From the human T2T-CHM13v2.0 reference genome, Homo sapiens, in NCBI RefSeq assembly GCF_009914755.1, contig NC_060936.1: a stretch of DNA of 64,000 bases; one strand, written 5' to 3'. Positions 32,630 through 44,509 of the stretch are shown piece after piece; the first letter of the stretch is position 1, and the number at the start of each line of letters is the position of its first letter. The position numbers were made by a program, and so were the translations under genes. The notes under the pieces are model-generated. The model was not told the origin of the DNA and made no database searches. It worked only from the letters and a program-made list of their open reading frames with translations.

Positions 32630-34015
32630 ACTAACATGCAGGGGTCGTGCTGTAACGTGTAGCAATTTTGGCTACATATTCGGGGACTCATAAATGACTG
32701 TCAGCATCCAAAGCCTTGGCACCAGGTCTTGGAGGTGGCACGTGGGCCAACAAATGACATCCTAGCAATCGAGTTATCCTCCATCTTATGTTTATAGTCA
32801 TTTATGCAGTATTTTGATGTATCTGACAGTAATGAAACTCCTGGCCTTTGGTGTTCTGTAATAATTCACCATATTGTTGAATCTGTAGGCAGAAAACAGA
32901 CTCGGAAACATTTACTAGTGCTTATTATGCAGCAAACATCTAACAATGTCTGTCACTGCCTAAGCCACTTCCTCCACCTCTGGCCTTCTATCTTCCCTGC
33001 AACCCTCAGCCTCTGCCTGCAGCACAGTCAGTACCCAGTGAGACACCACTTATATAATGAGATGGTAGAGATGGGAGAGAAGTGAACTTAGTTACTTAAC
33101 TATGCGCAACCAGAGAGAATTTGCCTCATATGGAATCGATAGAACCAGAAAGAAAACGTAAAATTTTATGTCATACTCAGGATATGGAAATTGCTTGGTT
33201 GTATTGAACATTCTCTTGAAATAATCCTTGCTTCTCCAATACAGCTGCCTTTAGTGGGTATTAATTTTGCCCACAATGACAAAATGAGTATAAATATCAT
33301 ATGGCAAGCAGTGTCGTGTGGACCTTTCAAAATAGGAGTTAATCGGTTAACTATCAGCAGGACTCCACTTTTAGGAAGGGCCCAACTTTCCCTAGTTGGT
33401 AACGCCTTAAGCAGAGAAGAGGTGCATGTGGTCTTGAAAAAAATGTGCACATCATCTGTTCTCTTCCTTCAGTCACTTCGGAATGTGCTGACCTTGCTTT
33501 CGTCTGTTGAGTCTTAATGAAGTATCTGCGGGGGTTTTTAGGGCCAGACAAGAAAATGCTCTGAAGGCAGATGAAAGGGAAGTCTGTGCAGGGAGCTCCA
33601 GCATAAGCCAGAGAAAAATATCTGTATCTGAAGGCAATCTTCTTTATTGCTTCTGAGCAGGCTCTGAGTGGGAGGGGAAATATCTGCTGCCTTTCAAATG
33701 GAAAGGGCCATCGTGTCAAACTCTTGTTGGCATGAGCTGTCCTATAACACCTCTGTCCCTCCCCAGCCATGAGTAAAGATAGAAACAACACAAACTAGAG
33801 CTCTCCATTGCTACCTGCCTCTTCTAAAATACCTTCAATTTGGGGGAAGTTTTGTGTTTTATCTAGAAATCAACTATTGTGAATATGTATTTGGAAATAC
33901 TTGGTTTCTATCAAATATGAAATAAAAAAAATGTAATATTAGCTAGAAAGGTAATGAAAGGTACAAGTTAAACCTTACAAGAAAACACAATGCATTTTTT
34001 AAAAATTCCATTTTA

Positions 34016-34319
34016 GCCCAGGCACGGTGGCTCACGCCTGTAATCGCAGCACTTTGGGAGGCTGAGGCGGGAGGATCATCTGAGATCAGGAGTTCGAGAG
34101 CAGCCTGGCTAACACAGTGAAACCCTGTCTCTACCGAAAATACAAAAATTAGGCAGGCATGCTGGCACACGCCTGTAGTCCCAGCTACTCAAGAAGCTGA
34201 GGCAAGGCAGGAGAATCGCTTGAACCCAGGAGCGGGAGGTTGCAGTGAGCCAAGATCCTGCCACTGCACTCCAGCCTGGGTGACAGAGTGAGACTCCATC
34301 TCAAAAAAAAAAAAAAAAA
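34016..34319 (+). mobile_element. AluSx-type
   Basis: Dimeric Alu with TSD aaaaattccatttta. Confidence 0.93.
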
Positions 34320-34324
34320 TTCCA

Positions 34325-35628
34325 TTTTAATTTTAGATTCAGGGGGTACATGTGCAGGTTTGTTACATGGGCAACAATGTGTGTGATGCTGAGCCTGGGG
34401 CTTCTATCGATCCCGTTACTCAGTTAGTGAACTAAACACCCAACCAGAAGTTTTTCAGCCCTTGCCCCTCCCTCCCTTCTTCCTTTTGGAGTCCTCAGTG
34501 TCTGTTGTTACCATCTGATATGGTTTGGCTGTGTTCCAACCCAAATAGCAACTTGAATTGTGTCTCCCAGAATTCCCACGTGTTGTGGGAAGGACCCAGG
34601 GGGAGGTAATTGAATCATGGGGGCTGGTCTTTCCCGTGCTATTCTTGTGATAGTGAATACGTCTCATGAGATCTAATGGGTTTTTCAGGGGTTTCCACTT
34701 TTGCTTCTTCCTCATTTTTCTCTTGCCACTGCCTTGTAAGAAGTGCCTCTCTCCTCCTGCCATGGTTCTGAGGCCTCCCCAGCCACGTGGAACTGTAAGT
34801 CCAATTAAACCTCTTTTTCCTCCCAGTTTTGGGTACGTCTTTATCAGCAGCATGAAAATGGACTAATATACCATCCTTATGTCCATGTGTACCCAAAATT
34901 TAGCACCCACTTATAAGTGAGAACACACAGTATTTAGTTTTCTGTTTCTGCATTAATCACTTAGGATAATTGCCTCCAGCTGCATTCATGTTCCTGCAAA
35001 GGACATGATTTTATTCTTTTTTTTTTTTTGGCTGTATAGTATTCTATTGGTGTATATATGCCACAGTTTCTTTGTCTGGTCTACCATGAATGGGCACCTA
35101 GCTTGATTCCGTGTGTTTACTATTGTGAATAGTGCTGCAGTGAATGTATGAGTGCATGTGTCTTTTTGGCAGAATGGTTTATTTTACTGGTATATATCCA
35201 GTAATGTGATTGCTGGGTCAAATGGTAGTTCTATTTTTAGCTCTTTGAAAAATCTCCAAACTGCTTTTCATAATGGCTGAATTATTTTATGTTCCCACCA
35301 ACAGCATATAAACATTCCCTTTTCTCCACAGATTTATGAACATCTTTTTTTTTATTTTTTTAATAATAGTCATTTGAATGGTGTGAGATTATATTTCATT
35401 GTGGTTTTGAGTTGCATTTCTCCAATGACTAGTGAGGTCGAGAGCCTTTATCATATATTTGTTGGCTGCTTGTATGTCATCTTTTGTGAAGAGTCTGTTC
35501 ATGTCCTTTACCCACTTTCTAATGGGGTTAATTTTTTTTCTTGTTGATTTGTTTATGTTTCTTATAGATTCAGGATATTAGTCCTTTGTCAGGTGCATAG
35601 TTTGCAAGTATTTTCTCCCATTCTGTAA
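34325..35628 (-). mobile_element. 5'-truncated L1PA16/L1PB-type 3' end, interrupted by THE1
   Basis: 'ttagattcagggggtacatgtgcaggtttgttacatggg...cccacttataagtgagaac...ttttctcccattctgta'. Confidence 0.9.
34516..34870 (+). mobile_element. THE1A-type solo LTR
   Basis: tgatatggtttggctgtg...aaatggactaatata, with a 5-bp TSD ccatc on both sides. Confidence 0.93.
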
Positions 35629-36315
35629 ACCTACTGGTGCTAGTTAGTGAGTCTACCTAGAAGAATAAGGCCTTGCCCTTAGGGAGCCTAAGCCCAGTGA
35701 GGCAGTCACACTACCCAGTGCAGTATAAAAAGTACTGGAATGGAGTCACATACGACATGCCATTGGGAGGCAGATGAGGCAGGTGCTAAATGTATCTGGA
35801 GAAGCTTGGAAAAGTGTCCCTTAGGGAGATGCCTTTCTTAAATAGGTGTAGAACAGAGGAAAGGACATTGTAATCAGAAGAATGGATGCATGCAAAGACA
35901 ATGATGCTTGCACAGATGACCTGTGCTGGAACAGTGGAAGGCTAAAGGGGCTAGAGCTTTGTGGTGGAGATGGCATGAGGTGAGTCTAGGATCTCCTGGG
36001 GATGGGTAAAAATGGGAGGTTGGGAGCATGGAGATAGGATGAGGGTTACAGGGGCATTCCTCAGTCTGAAGGGGGTTCAGTCTGAAGGGGGGCAGTGCTG
36101 GGGCACAGGAGGCAAATGGTGCCTATAAATAGCTTGGATGTTGAATAAGTAAAATAGGTTAGATGTCAGCACAATAAAAATTTATTGTTGTCTTCTATCA
36201 CCCTGTATAATTTATTCAGTGGGATAAGAACCCCTTGCTTTGGGATGAAGACCCAGGCAGGCCCATGACTTTTCTGCTTGCTCGTAGTAAGTTGACCGTT
36301 CTGCTTCAGTGCAGC

Positions 36316-36772
36316 TGCATCAGACCAATCTGTTTCAACTTTTATGTACAGTTGTGAGTTGTTTTTCAGTTGCCATGCCCCCTGCTCCCAGTTGAAGGTC
36401 ATATAATCTGAGCATGCCCAGAGAAACCAGCGTGTAACCACTAGTAGAACCTGAGCGCTCAGACCGAGGAGTGGGGACTGTATTAAGAAGTGGACATCGT
36501 CTGGCAGGAGCCCTGGTGCCACCCCATGGCAGGATCCAGTCCCTTATGCCTACTGCCATCACCTCACCGTAAGATCCAATCAGATCACACCTCATTGCCC
36601 TCTGTCTATAAAACTTGCCCCAGCCCTCAGCTCAGGGAGACAGATTTGAGCATTTCCTCTTGTCTCCTTGCTAGTCAACACACAATAAATCTTTCTCTTT
36701 GCAAAAGCCTGGTGCTTTGATGTTTGACTTTCCATTACTGTAGGCAAATGAACTCAGTTTGGTTCTGCGACA
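36316..36772 (+). mobile_element. ERV1-class solo LTR (MER84-like)
   Basis: tg...ca ends, CCAAT-like gatccaatcaga, TATA (tataaaa), AATAAA. Family name is from recall. Confidence 0.7.
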
Positions 36773-36825
36773 TTAATTTGCATACACTCAGTCCCAATTT
36801 AGTATTTAAAAATGTCCAGTTTATT

Positions 36826-37130
36826 CTGGGTGTGGTGGCTCATGCCTATAATCCCAGCACTTTGGGAGGCAGAGGTGGGAGGATTGCTTTAGACCCAGAG
36901 TTCAAGACCAGCTTGGACAACGTAGTGAGACCCCTGTCTTTGCAAAAAATAAAAAAATTATCTGGGCATGGTTGCATGTGCCTGTGGTCTCAGCTGAGGT
37001 GGGAGGATCACCTGAGCTGAGGAGTTCGAGGCTGCAGTGAGCAGAAATCATGCCACTGCACTCCAACTTGGGCGATAGAGTGAAACCCTGTTTCAGAAAA
37101 CAAACAAATGAACAAACAAAAAACAAATAA
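36826..37130 (+). mobile_element. AluJ
   Basis: J-type dimer with TSD taaaaatgtc(c/g)agttta. Confidence 0.9.
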
Positions 37131-38214
37131 AAATGTCGAGTTTAATATATTAATTAACACTTAAATCTTCATTCAAAGATAAGACCACTCCCCCTCCACC
37201 TTCCAGCAGGGGTTCTTAAGAGTTCCTTCCCCAACCTTAGATGGTCTGGAGCATGTGCGAGGGAGCCAGGAGTCTCTGAAGGGGAGGCCTAGGCGAGTTC
37301 TTCTGTGGCTCTCCATTCTTCTCTTCCACTCTCTAGATGCCATTTTGACCCCAGGAGATGGTGAGTGCTTTCTGTGCCTGGATGGCGTCACCCTCTCCAG
37401 GCTTGACAGATGTTTAAAGCTGTCTTTCTTCCTTGTGACACTTTTGTGAGCCCAGCGAGTGCCCATGCATTTCACGTGGTAGCCTGTAGATGAGGATGAT
37501 GCCTCCCCTCTGGCTTGCTGATGCCCCTCTGCTGCTGGTCCTCACAGCACAGCATTCCTTACAGACTTACCCTGTTGGAAGCACCTTGTCCTCCTAGGTG
37601 GTCCCCTTGGTTGGGAATTAAAATGGCTCCAAGTCCACCTTCTCTGGCCCTTGGTCCCCAGGGATCCCCAGGAGACCTGTACACATCTTCACCTTGGCAA
37701 ACTCCGGGCATGTAGGCCCCTCCTATTCGGGTGCAACAGCCTCTGTCCTGCTGCTACCGGCTGCGTTATTTCCCGAGACACAAGTTGGACACACATCTCC
37801 GGTGGCTCACAAGACATTTCCTACCCTCTGAGTGGTCCCTTGGAAGCCCCACATTGAGCTTGAGGTGAAGATGGAAGTACCTCACAGGGTGAACAGGGTT
37901 CCAAATAAGTCTCATTACAGATTTTCTATTTCTCCACCTCAATCCTTCTATATTCCAGAGGCAAAGACTTCTAAGGGTGGAGAAGAGAAGGGCAGGGCCA
38001 AGAGTTTGGGAACCAGTTTTTGGACCTGCATTTGTAAATTTTGGCTATGGTCACATGGCACCTCTCTTTGAAGTTTTACAATTGTTATTTCTTGGGATAT
38101 CTATGAAAATGTTAATGTTAATGTCCTATTAAGTGTGTAACAATCTGGCTGTGTGCAGTATAAAAAGCTGGCTTGGAATATGTTGGGGAAAGGGAGGAAT
38201 GGCATGGGTAGTTA

Positions 38215-39015
38215 ACATAATAAAATCATTGAGAATTCATAATGTGTTAGGTGCTGTTCTAAGCATGTTGTAAAGAATAACGATCTAAATGGTCATAACT
38301 CTGTGAGTTGATAGGAATATTCCCTCCCCTGCTTTTTTATAGATTAGGAGAGAGGTACAGAGGAGATAGTTAGCTTGCCCAAGATGGCAGAGCTGAATAG
38401 CATAGCTGGGATTCCAGTCTGGGCAGTCTGACCCTACAGAATGGACTAAATTGCTATGTATCATTGGCTGCCAGAAATTATGCTAAGTGCTTTACATAGA
38501 TTCTCTCACTGACGTGCTTTTAATAACTCTATGAGGTATATGTTACTATAGTCTGTATTTTATATGAAGAAACAATCTCAGGGAGGTTAATTAATTTGCT
38601 GAAGGTCATCTAATCAATGAGTGGTGGGGCTGGAATACTAATCCAGGTGGAATTGATTCCCGAGGTTTGCTGGTCGCTGCTGCAATACTGGTTTCCTCAC
38701 AGAGAATGAAGATGTGCGACTTTTCCAGGAAAATGCAAAGGTGCAGACTCTGCATCCAGATCCCCTGAGGTTCAAGTCATGACCCCTCACTTCCCAGCTG
38801 GGGGGCATTGGTGTCTGGCTCCAGAATGTCCTCTTAATTGCTCTGCTATGTAGAGCTCCTACTCCGTGCCTCAGTCAACTTCACCTGTAAACTGACCATA
38901 ATAATTGTATGACAGTGTAGGGTCATTATGAAGATAAAATGAGTTAATATGGGTAAAATGCTTAGAAGAATGTTTAGTGCATAATAAATGCTCTATAAAT
39001 GTTAACTGTTATTGT
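38215..39015. mobile_element. Cluster of MIR fragments (both orientations)
   Basis: Cores 'ttagcttgcccaagatggcagagct', 'ggttaattaatttgctgaaggtca', 'gtgcctcagt...acctgtaaa...gaagataaaatgagttaat'. Confidence 0.7.
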
Positions 39016-39047
39016 TACACTAATTCAAGATGGAATCAGAACATTTT

Positions 39048-39340
39048 GCTGGGTGCAGTGCCTCAAACATGTAATCCCAGAACTTTGGGAGGACCACTTG
39101 AGCACAGGAATTTGAGACAAGCCTGGGCAACATAGTGAGACACTCTCTACAAAACAAACAAACAAACAAAAAAATTAGCCAGAGGTGGTGGCATGTGCCT
39201 GTAGTCCTAGCTACTTGGAAGGATGAAGCCAGAGAAGAGCTTGAGCCTGGGAGATCCAGGCTGTAGTGAGCAGTGATTATGCCGCTGCACTCCAGCCTGC
39301 ACAACAGAGTAAGATCCTATCAAAAAAAAAAAAAAAAAAA
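39048..39340 (+). mobile_element. AluJ (partly deleted)
   Basis: Degenerate dimer with A tail. Confidence 0.88.
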
Positions 39341-39686
39341 GAGAAAATTTTACTGTTACCGTGTGTCTGTTCCTAGACTATTAGTACATAGAAAGTACAA
39401 ATTTAGGTTGTGGAAATTATGCTTTGTTCCTCAATGTTCCCAGGGACTAAGAACTTCCATACAGAAGCAAATTGGCTCTCTGTCAAGGTGGTAATAATTA
39501 TTAGGTTTCTTTTACTGTTTGCTTATCCTGTCACCTGAATACACCCATAAGCAATTACATAGGAATCAAGAACTGCAGTTTTTCTTGTAAAGAGCAAATT
39601 TGAATAGTCAGATATCTTGCTCTGATCAAAAGCTTGGCTGAGAAAAAATGATGTTTATGAACAGGATAGAGTCTTCCCCTAATTTA

Positions 39687-39848
39687 TTCCTTCCTTCCTT
39701 CCTTCCTTCCTTCCTTCCTTCCTTCCTTCCTTCCTTCCTTCCTTCCTCCTTCCCTCCCTCTCTCTCTTTCTCTCTTTCTTTTTTTCTCTCTTTCTCTCTT
39801 TCCTCTCTCTCTCTCTCTCTCTCTGTCTTTCTTTCTTTTTTTTTTTTT
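39687..39848. repeat. (TTCC)n/(TC)n polypyrimidine tract
   Basis: Read directly from the sequence. Lies in the tail position of the antisense Alu. Confidence 0.95.
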
Positions 39849-40111
39849 GACAGAATCTTGCTCTGTTACCCAGGCTGGAGTGCAATGGCGAGATCTCGGC
39901 TCACTGCAACCTCCGCCTCCTTGGTTCGAGTGATTCCCTACCTCAGCCTCCTGAGTACAGGTACCTGCCACTACGCCCAGCTAATTTTTTGTATTTTTTA
40001 CTAGAGACAGGGTTTCACCATATTGGTCAGGCTGGTCTTGAACTCCTGACCTCAGGCTGCCTTGGCCTCCCAAAGTGTTGAGATTGCAGGCATGAGCCAC
40101 TGCACCCGGCC
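39836..40111 (-). mobile_element. AluS with small deletions
   Basis: Antisense dimer. TSD ccctaattt brackets the Alu plus the microsatellite. Confidence 0.9.
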
Positions 40112-40144
40112 CCCTAATTTCATCATATGGATCCAATCTGTTCT

Positions 40145-40392
40145 TTTGACTTAGATGGATTCATTTACTCAGGGGCAGACTATTGAGTGCACAATTCTAG
40201 ATACTGGGGATACATCCAGGAACAAACAAAACAGACAAAACCACCTGCCATCAGGGAGCGTATGTTGCAGTGGGTGAGAGAGACAATGAACAAATATGTG
40301 AAATATATAGTAAGTCAGAAGGAAATAAAGGAATAGTGAAAGATAGGAAAAGAGGGGAAATGCTAGGGGGTTTGCAATTTTGAATAGAGTAG
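40145..40392 (-). mobile_element. L2 3' fragment
   Basis: 'attcatttactca...tattgagtgc...gatactggggataca...aacaaaacagacaaaa'. Confidence 0.7.
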
Positions 40393-40810
40393 TGTTGGCC
40401 CAAAAGGAAGAAGCTGAGGCCCAAATGATAATTTAAATAGTCTACTAGACCCAAAGTGAGGACAGTTGCCCAGAAGGCTCAGAGCCACATAACCTTGGAC
40501 ATGAGCTTCCTTTGGCCTTTGTTACAAGTAAGTTTCTAAAGGCAAAAAGGGGACAGGGAGCGTATCAGCGGACAACTGATACAAAGTTTTTTGTCAGATA
40601 TTTTCACTGGTTTACAGAAATAATATTGATTTGTGATTGGCTATCCATGGTTAAGCTATAGGGTGGGTTATAAGTGTCTGGTGTGGCATTATTAGGCTAA
40701 TTTACATCTACTGTGGCAACAACAAGCAGTTTCAAGAGATGAATACACAGCTCAAAGTGGGGAGTAGAGTGTGATTGCTGTCTGATTTTAATGTCTTTCT
40801 GGGCTTGAGA
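40393..40810 (-). mobile_element. ERV1 (MER4-group)-like LTR
   Basis: Starts tgttggcccaaaaggaagaagctgaggc and contains 'tgattggcta'. Family not resolved. Confidence 0.55.
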
Positions 40811-40814
40811 GAGA

Positions 40815-41461
40815 GATATATATAAATATAATATTATAATAATATAATCATATTATAGTATATATAATATGTTATATATTTTTATAGTATATATAATATA
40901 TATTTATATAATATATTATTATAATGATATACAATATATTATATAAATATATATTATAATGACATATATATTATATGTGATATATATAATATATATCACA
41001 TATATAATATATAAATATAATATATATTATATAATATATAATGTATAATATAATATATTATTATATAATATATAATAATATAATAATATACAATATAATA
41101 TTATTATATATAATAATATATAATATAATATTATAATATATAATAATATATAATATAATATTATATTATATATAACAATATATAATATATTATTGTATTA
41201 TATATAACAATATATATTATTGTATTATATATAACAATATATATTATTATATTATATATAATTATATATACATAATATATAATATAATATATTATATATA
41301 ATATAGAATATAATAATATATAATATATAATATAATAATATATAATATATAATTATATAATATACAATAATATATTATAGTATATTATATATAATATATA
41401 ATATAATATTATATAGTATATACAATAATATATAATATTATTATATTATAATAATAATATA
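40815..41461. repeat. ~650-bp AT-rich (TA/TAA) low-complexity block with internal palindromes
   Basis: Read directly from the sequence. Almost no G or C. Confidence 0.97.
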
Positions 41462-43269
41462 GCTGTTGCTGGGGGAGGGATGCTATCCTTGCACAGGGCA
41501 AATGGTTGATGATGATGCCATTCATTTATATTGCACTTTGCAGTTTAGGAAGGTCTTTACAAATCTACATGGCAGGGCCGTGTCTTATTCATCACTGCTT
41601 CCCCAGTGCCTAGCAGACATCCTGTGCTCCCTGAGTGTTGAACATTCATTTTCTCATTTCTTCTCCTACAACAAACCTATAGGACAGTCAGGCAAGAAAT
41701 CTTTATTTCCATTTAATATTTATTTCATTTAGGATCATTAGGAGTGAAATCACAGAGCCGCCTGCTAAGTGGTGAAGCTACTGGACTTTTAAGTCCTGTG
41801 GGTCTTTCCCTTCTATCTTGGAAGGTATTAAGAAGCCCAGTCCTTTCCTACAGAATGATTGGCAGATAATTAACTTTTTGGTGGTGCCGTTTATTTGAGA
41901 GGTAAACGAAACCAGTAGTGCCTCATGCCTAGAATTTGAAGGCCAAATTAAATTTTCTCCTATCGTGTGTGGCTAGAGAAAATAAGAAATCCTGTTAAAG
42001 TATAAACTCAGGCATGAAACTGTTGCTCTGAATCTTGTTATCATTTAACATTGAACAAAGCGAACCAGAACAAGACATGCAAAGGCCTTTTACATGCTGC
42101 TTAAAGTTACACACCCAGGAAATCATATGCACATGTCTATGTGCACATACATTGAATTGCAAGTTCAGTGGCTTTAAATCTTCTTTCCATATGCAGAATT
42201 TTTATAAGCAGCAAATGCTACAGATGTGACTTTGGGGTTTAATGAAAAAATTTGTATGGATAACATATGTTTCCTTTATAGAAAACAATCTCAGCCTGTT
42301 GAAATTGCCTGAGTTTTCAAGTGATCGTGGAATAATTTGATTTGACTCTTAAGTCTTAGTTTCCTTCCCATTTTTTTTGGTGTGTCATGGTTCCTGGGAG
42401 AGTCTTATTTTTAATTCTGGAGTCCTGTTCTAAATAAGAAAAAGGAATACTTCTTTATTTGTAGTTGATTCTATGTAAATATGTCTTTGACAAATGTGAA
42501 AATGTTTTAGGTGCTGGGAGGTACATGGTATATGTAAAATTGTAACTTCATGTTCTTTGCTTCAACTTTGGGGGACAGATTTAATTAGCAGCCTAACTGA
42601 GTTTCTTTAGCCTAATTGAGTTTCTCTGCTCTTGGAAGAGCATGCGTTAGGGAAATTATCTTAGAATAAGTTAGAAGCGAGCCTGCAATTTTCTTGATCT
42701 TGAATGCCCTTTGGGAGAAATGGTATGAGTTAGTATTAAGTTACTCTATTTGAAGATTCATCATCTTTCAAACACACACCTTAAAGAGGCCATACATTTC
42801 TCATAGAACTTACTACAGGGTCTGATTTTATATTTTAGTCTCATCTTGGATATGCCCTAAACTCTGCAATGTGTCTCCTGTAGCTTTTCTAAAGGATCAG
42901 CAGTTTGAGATTTCTAAGGAAACCAAATTAATTTTGGCAGAAATAGTTAAAGCCATGGTGAGAATGGGGTTCAAGACACTCTACCCCAAAATATGGTACC
43001 TTGCGATATTGAATATTTTAAACTGAGGGTCTTGGAGAAAATGGCAGAAGTAGGAAGGTCACTCTGATCTCCTCCCATTCTGCTCTTACCTTTCTCCCAT
43101 GGAGCAGGTTATAAAACCCAGGAAGGATTTTCTGATGTTCCTCTGAAGCAGGTCATAAGCCCCTCATGGGAGAGGTATCTTCTCTATACCTGGAGAAAAG
43201 GAGCATTCTTATTTCCAAAGGCACAGGGTCACAAGAGAGGAATCTGCATGAACAGGCCTTGTTTACTTA

Positions 43270-43793
43270 TGCTATGGAGCAAATGGGCTCACTGCCCGAT
43301 GCATACAGAAGTGAAGAACTATGGCACCAGTTTTTGAGAAAAGAAGGCCTTTATTGTAAGACCAGTCAGCAAAGGAGGCAGGAGGGGGCTCAAATCTGCC
43401 TCTCTAATTTGAGGTCTGGGGCAAGTTTTAAAGAATCAGAGGGCAAGGGAAAGGATTGAAGAGTGTTGGCTGAGCGGGGTCTGATTGGAGGCCTTCACAT
43501 TTCACCATTTACAGTAAGATATGTTACGGCAGATTTTAGCCCTGGATCTTCAGGGCCAACAGACCTCTTGCTTCTGAAAGAGCTATGTGTTTAGGTTCTG
43601 GTCATGTTCTAGAACTTCTTGGTTCTGAGGGGAGGGAATCATTGGTTCCGGGTGTGTTAGAGGTAAAAGCTTTTTCTATTGCACATGCCCGTGCTACAGA
43701 ATTTGTAGTTTTTGGCTCTGTTATACCCAAAAGGTAACTTGACAATTTGTTATCAACAGAATAGGCCCAGTTTGGGCTGGTTTCATGGTTACA
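43270..43793 (-). mobile_element. ERV1 LTR nested in the MER31-like LTR
   Basis: tg...ca ends, antisense AATAAA (tttatt), 4-bp TSD ctta. Confidence 0.75.
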
Positions 43794-44012
43794 CTTACAC
43801 CCTTTACCCTATCACATTATTCTACCATGACTCTCCATTTTTCTTCAAAAACCTACTATAAAAAGCACTCAGATTTAACTGTTTCTTTGGGTCTTCGTTT
43901 CCTCATGAAGGGTCTCATGACACATAAAACTTATATTAAAAGCATTTGTATGCTTTTCTCTTGTTAGTCTTTCTTTTGTTAGAGGGTCCCCAGCCATGAA
44001 TGTAGAAGGGTA

Positions 44013-44509
44013 GGTAGGGGAGAAAAAGTGATATTCTTTCTTCCCCCATTGCAAGGTTCATGGCTGACACCACCACAACAAAAGATGGACTAACAAGATA
44101 AAAGCATGGCACATTTAAAAAATACTAGTTTTACATGACCTGGGAGTCTTCAGAAATGAAGACCCAGAGACCCAGGGAAAACTGTGTTTTTGTGCTTAGG
44201 TTCAATGAGCAGTGGACACTTGTGTAGAAGAATGACTGGATAAAAAAGGGGGTATGATTTAATGTTAATAAACTAGGGGGAGTTGAGCAGAACATGTTTG
44301 TTCAGATTCTTCTTGTCCTCTCTGGGTAACATTCCATCCCTGTAGGTATAGGGCAGGACACCTGTCACATGTGGGACTTCAAAAGATGGGGGGATAGAGG
44401 AGGTCAGAGATACCTTTCTGCTTATGCACTTTTCTCAGTTTCCTTCATCTTAAAACACTCAGTATGCCAAGGTGACATAATTTGGGATAGCATTTCCTGC
44501 ATCCTATCA
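44013..44509 (-). mobile_element. MER31/MER4-group LTR nested antisense in a related host LTR
   Basis: Ends 'ccaaggtgacataatttgggatagcatttcctgcatcctatca', an antisense match to the host 5' end. TSD ggta. Confidence 0.72.

Noticed and set aside
32790-33791. Overlapping ORFs and minus-strand acceptors (ttctgcctacag near 32883, cccgcag near 33526) as coding exons or a transposase remnant
   Set aside because: No recognisable domain in any frame, frequent stops, and no matching donor or exon chain.
36060-36092. Short direct duplications (tcagtctgaaggggg twice; also near 6841, 8674, 42590, 44956)
   Set aside because: Ordinary slippage duplications of 14-22 bp with no further structure.
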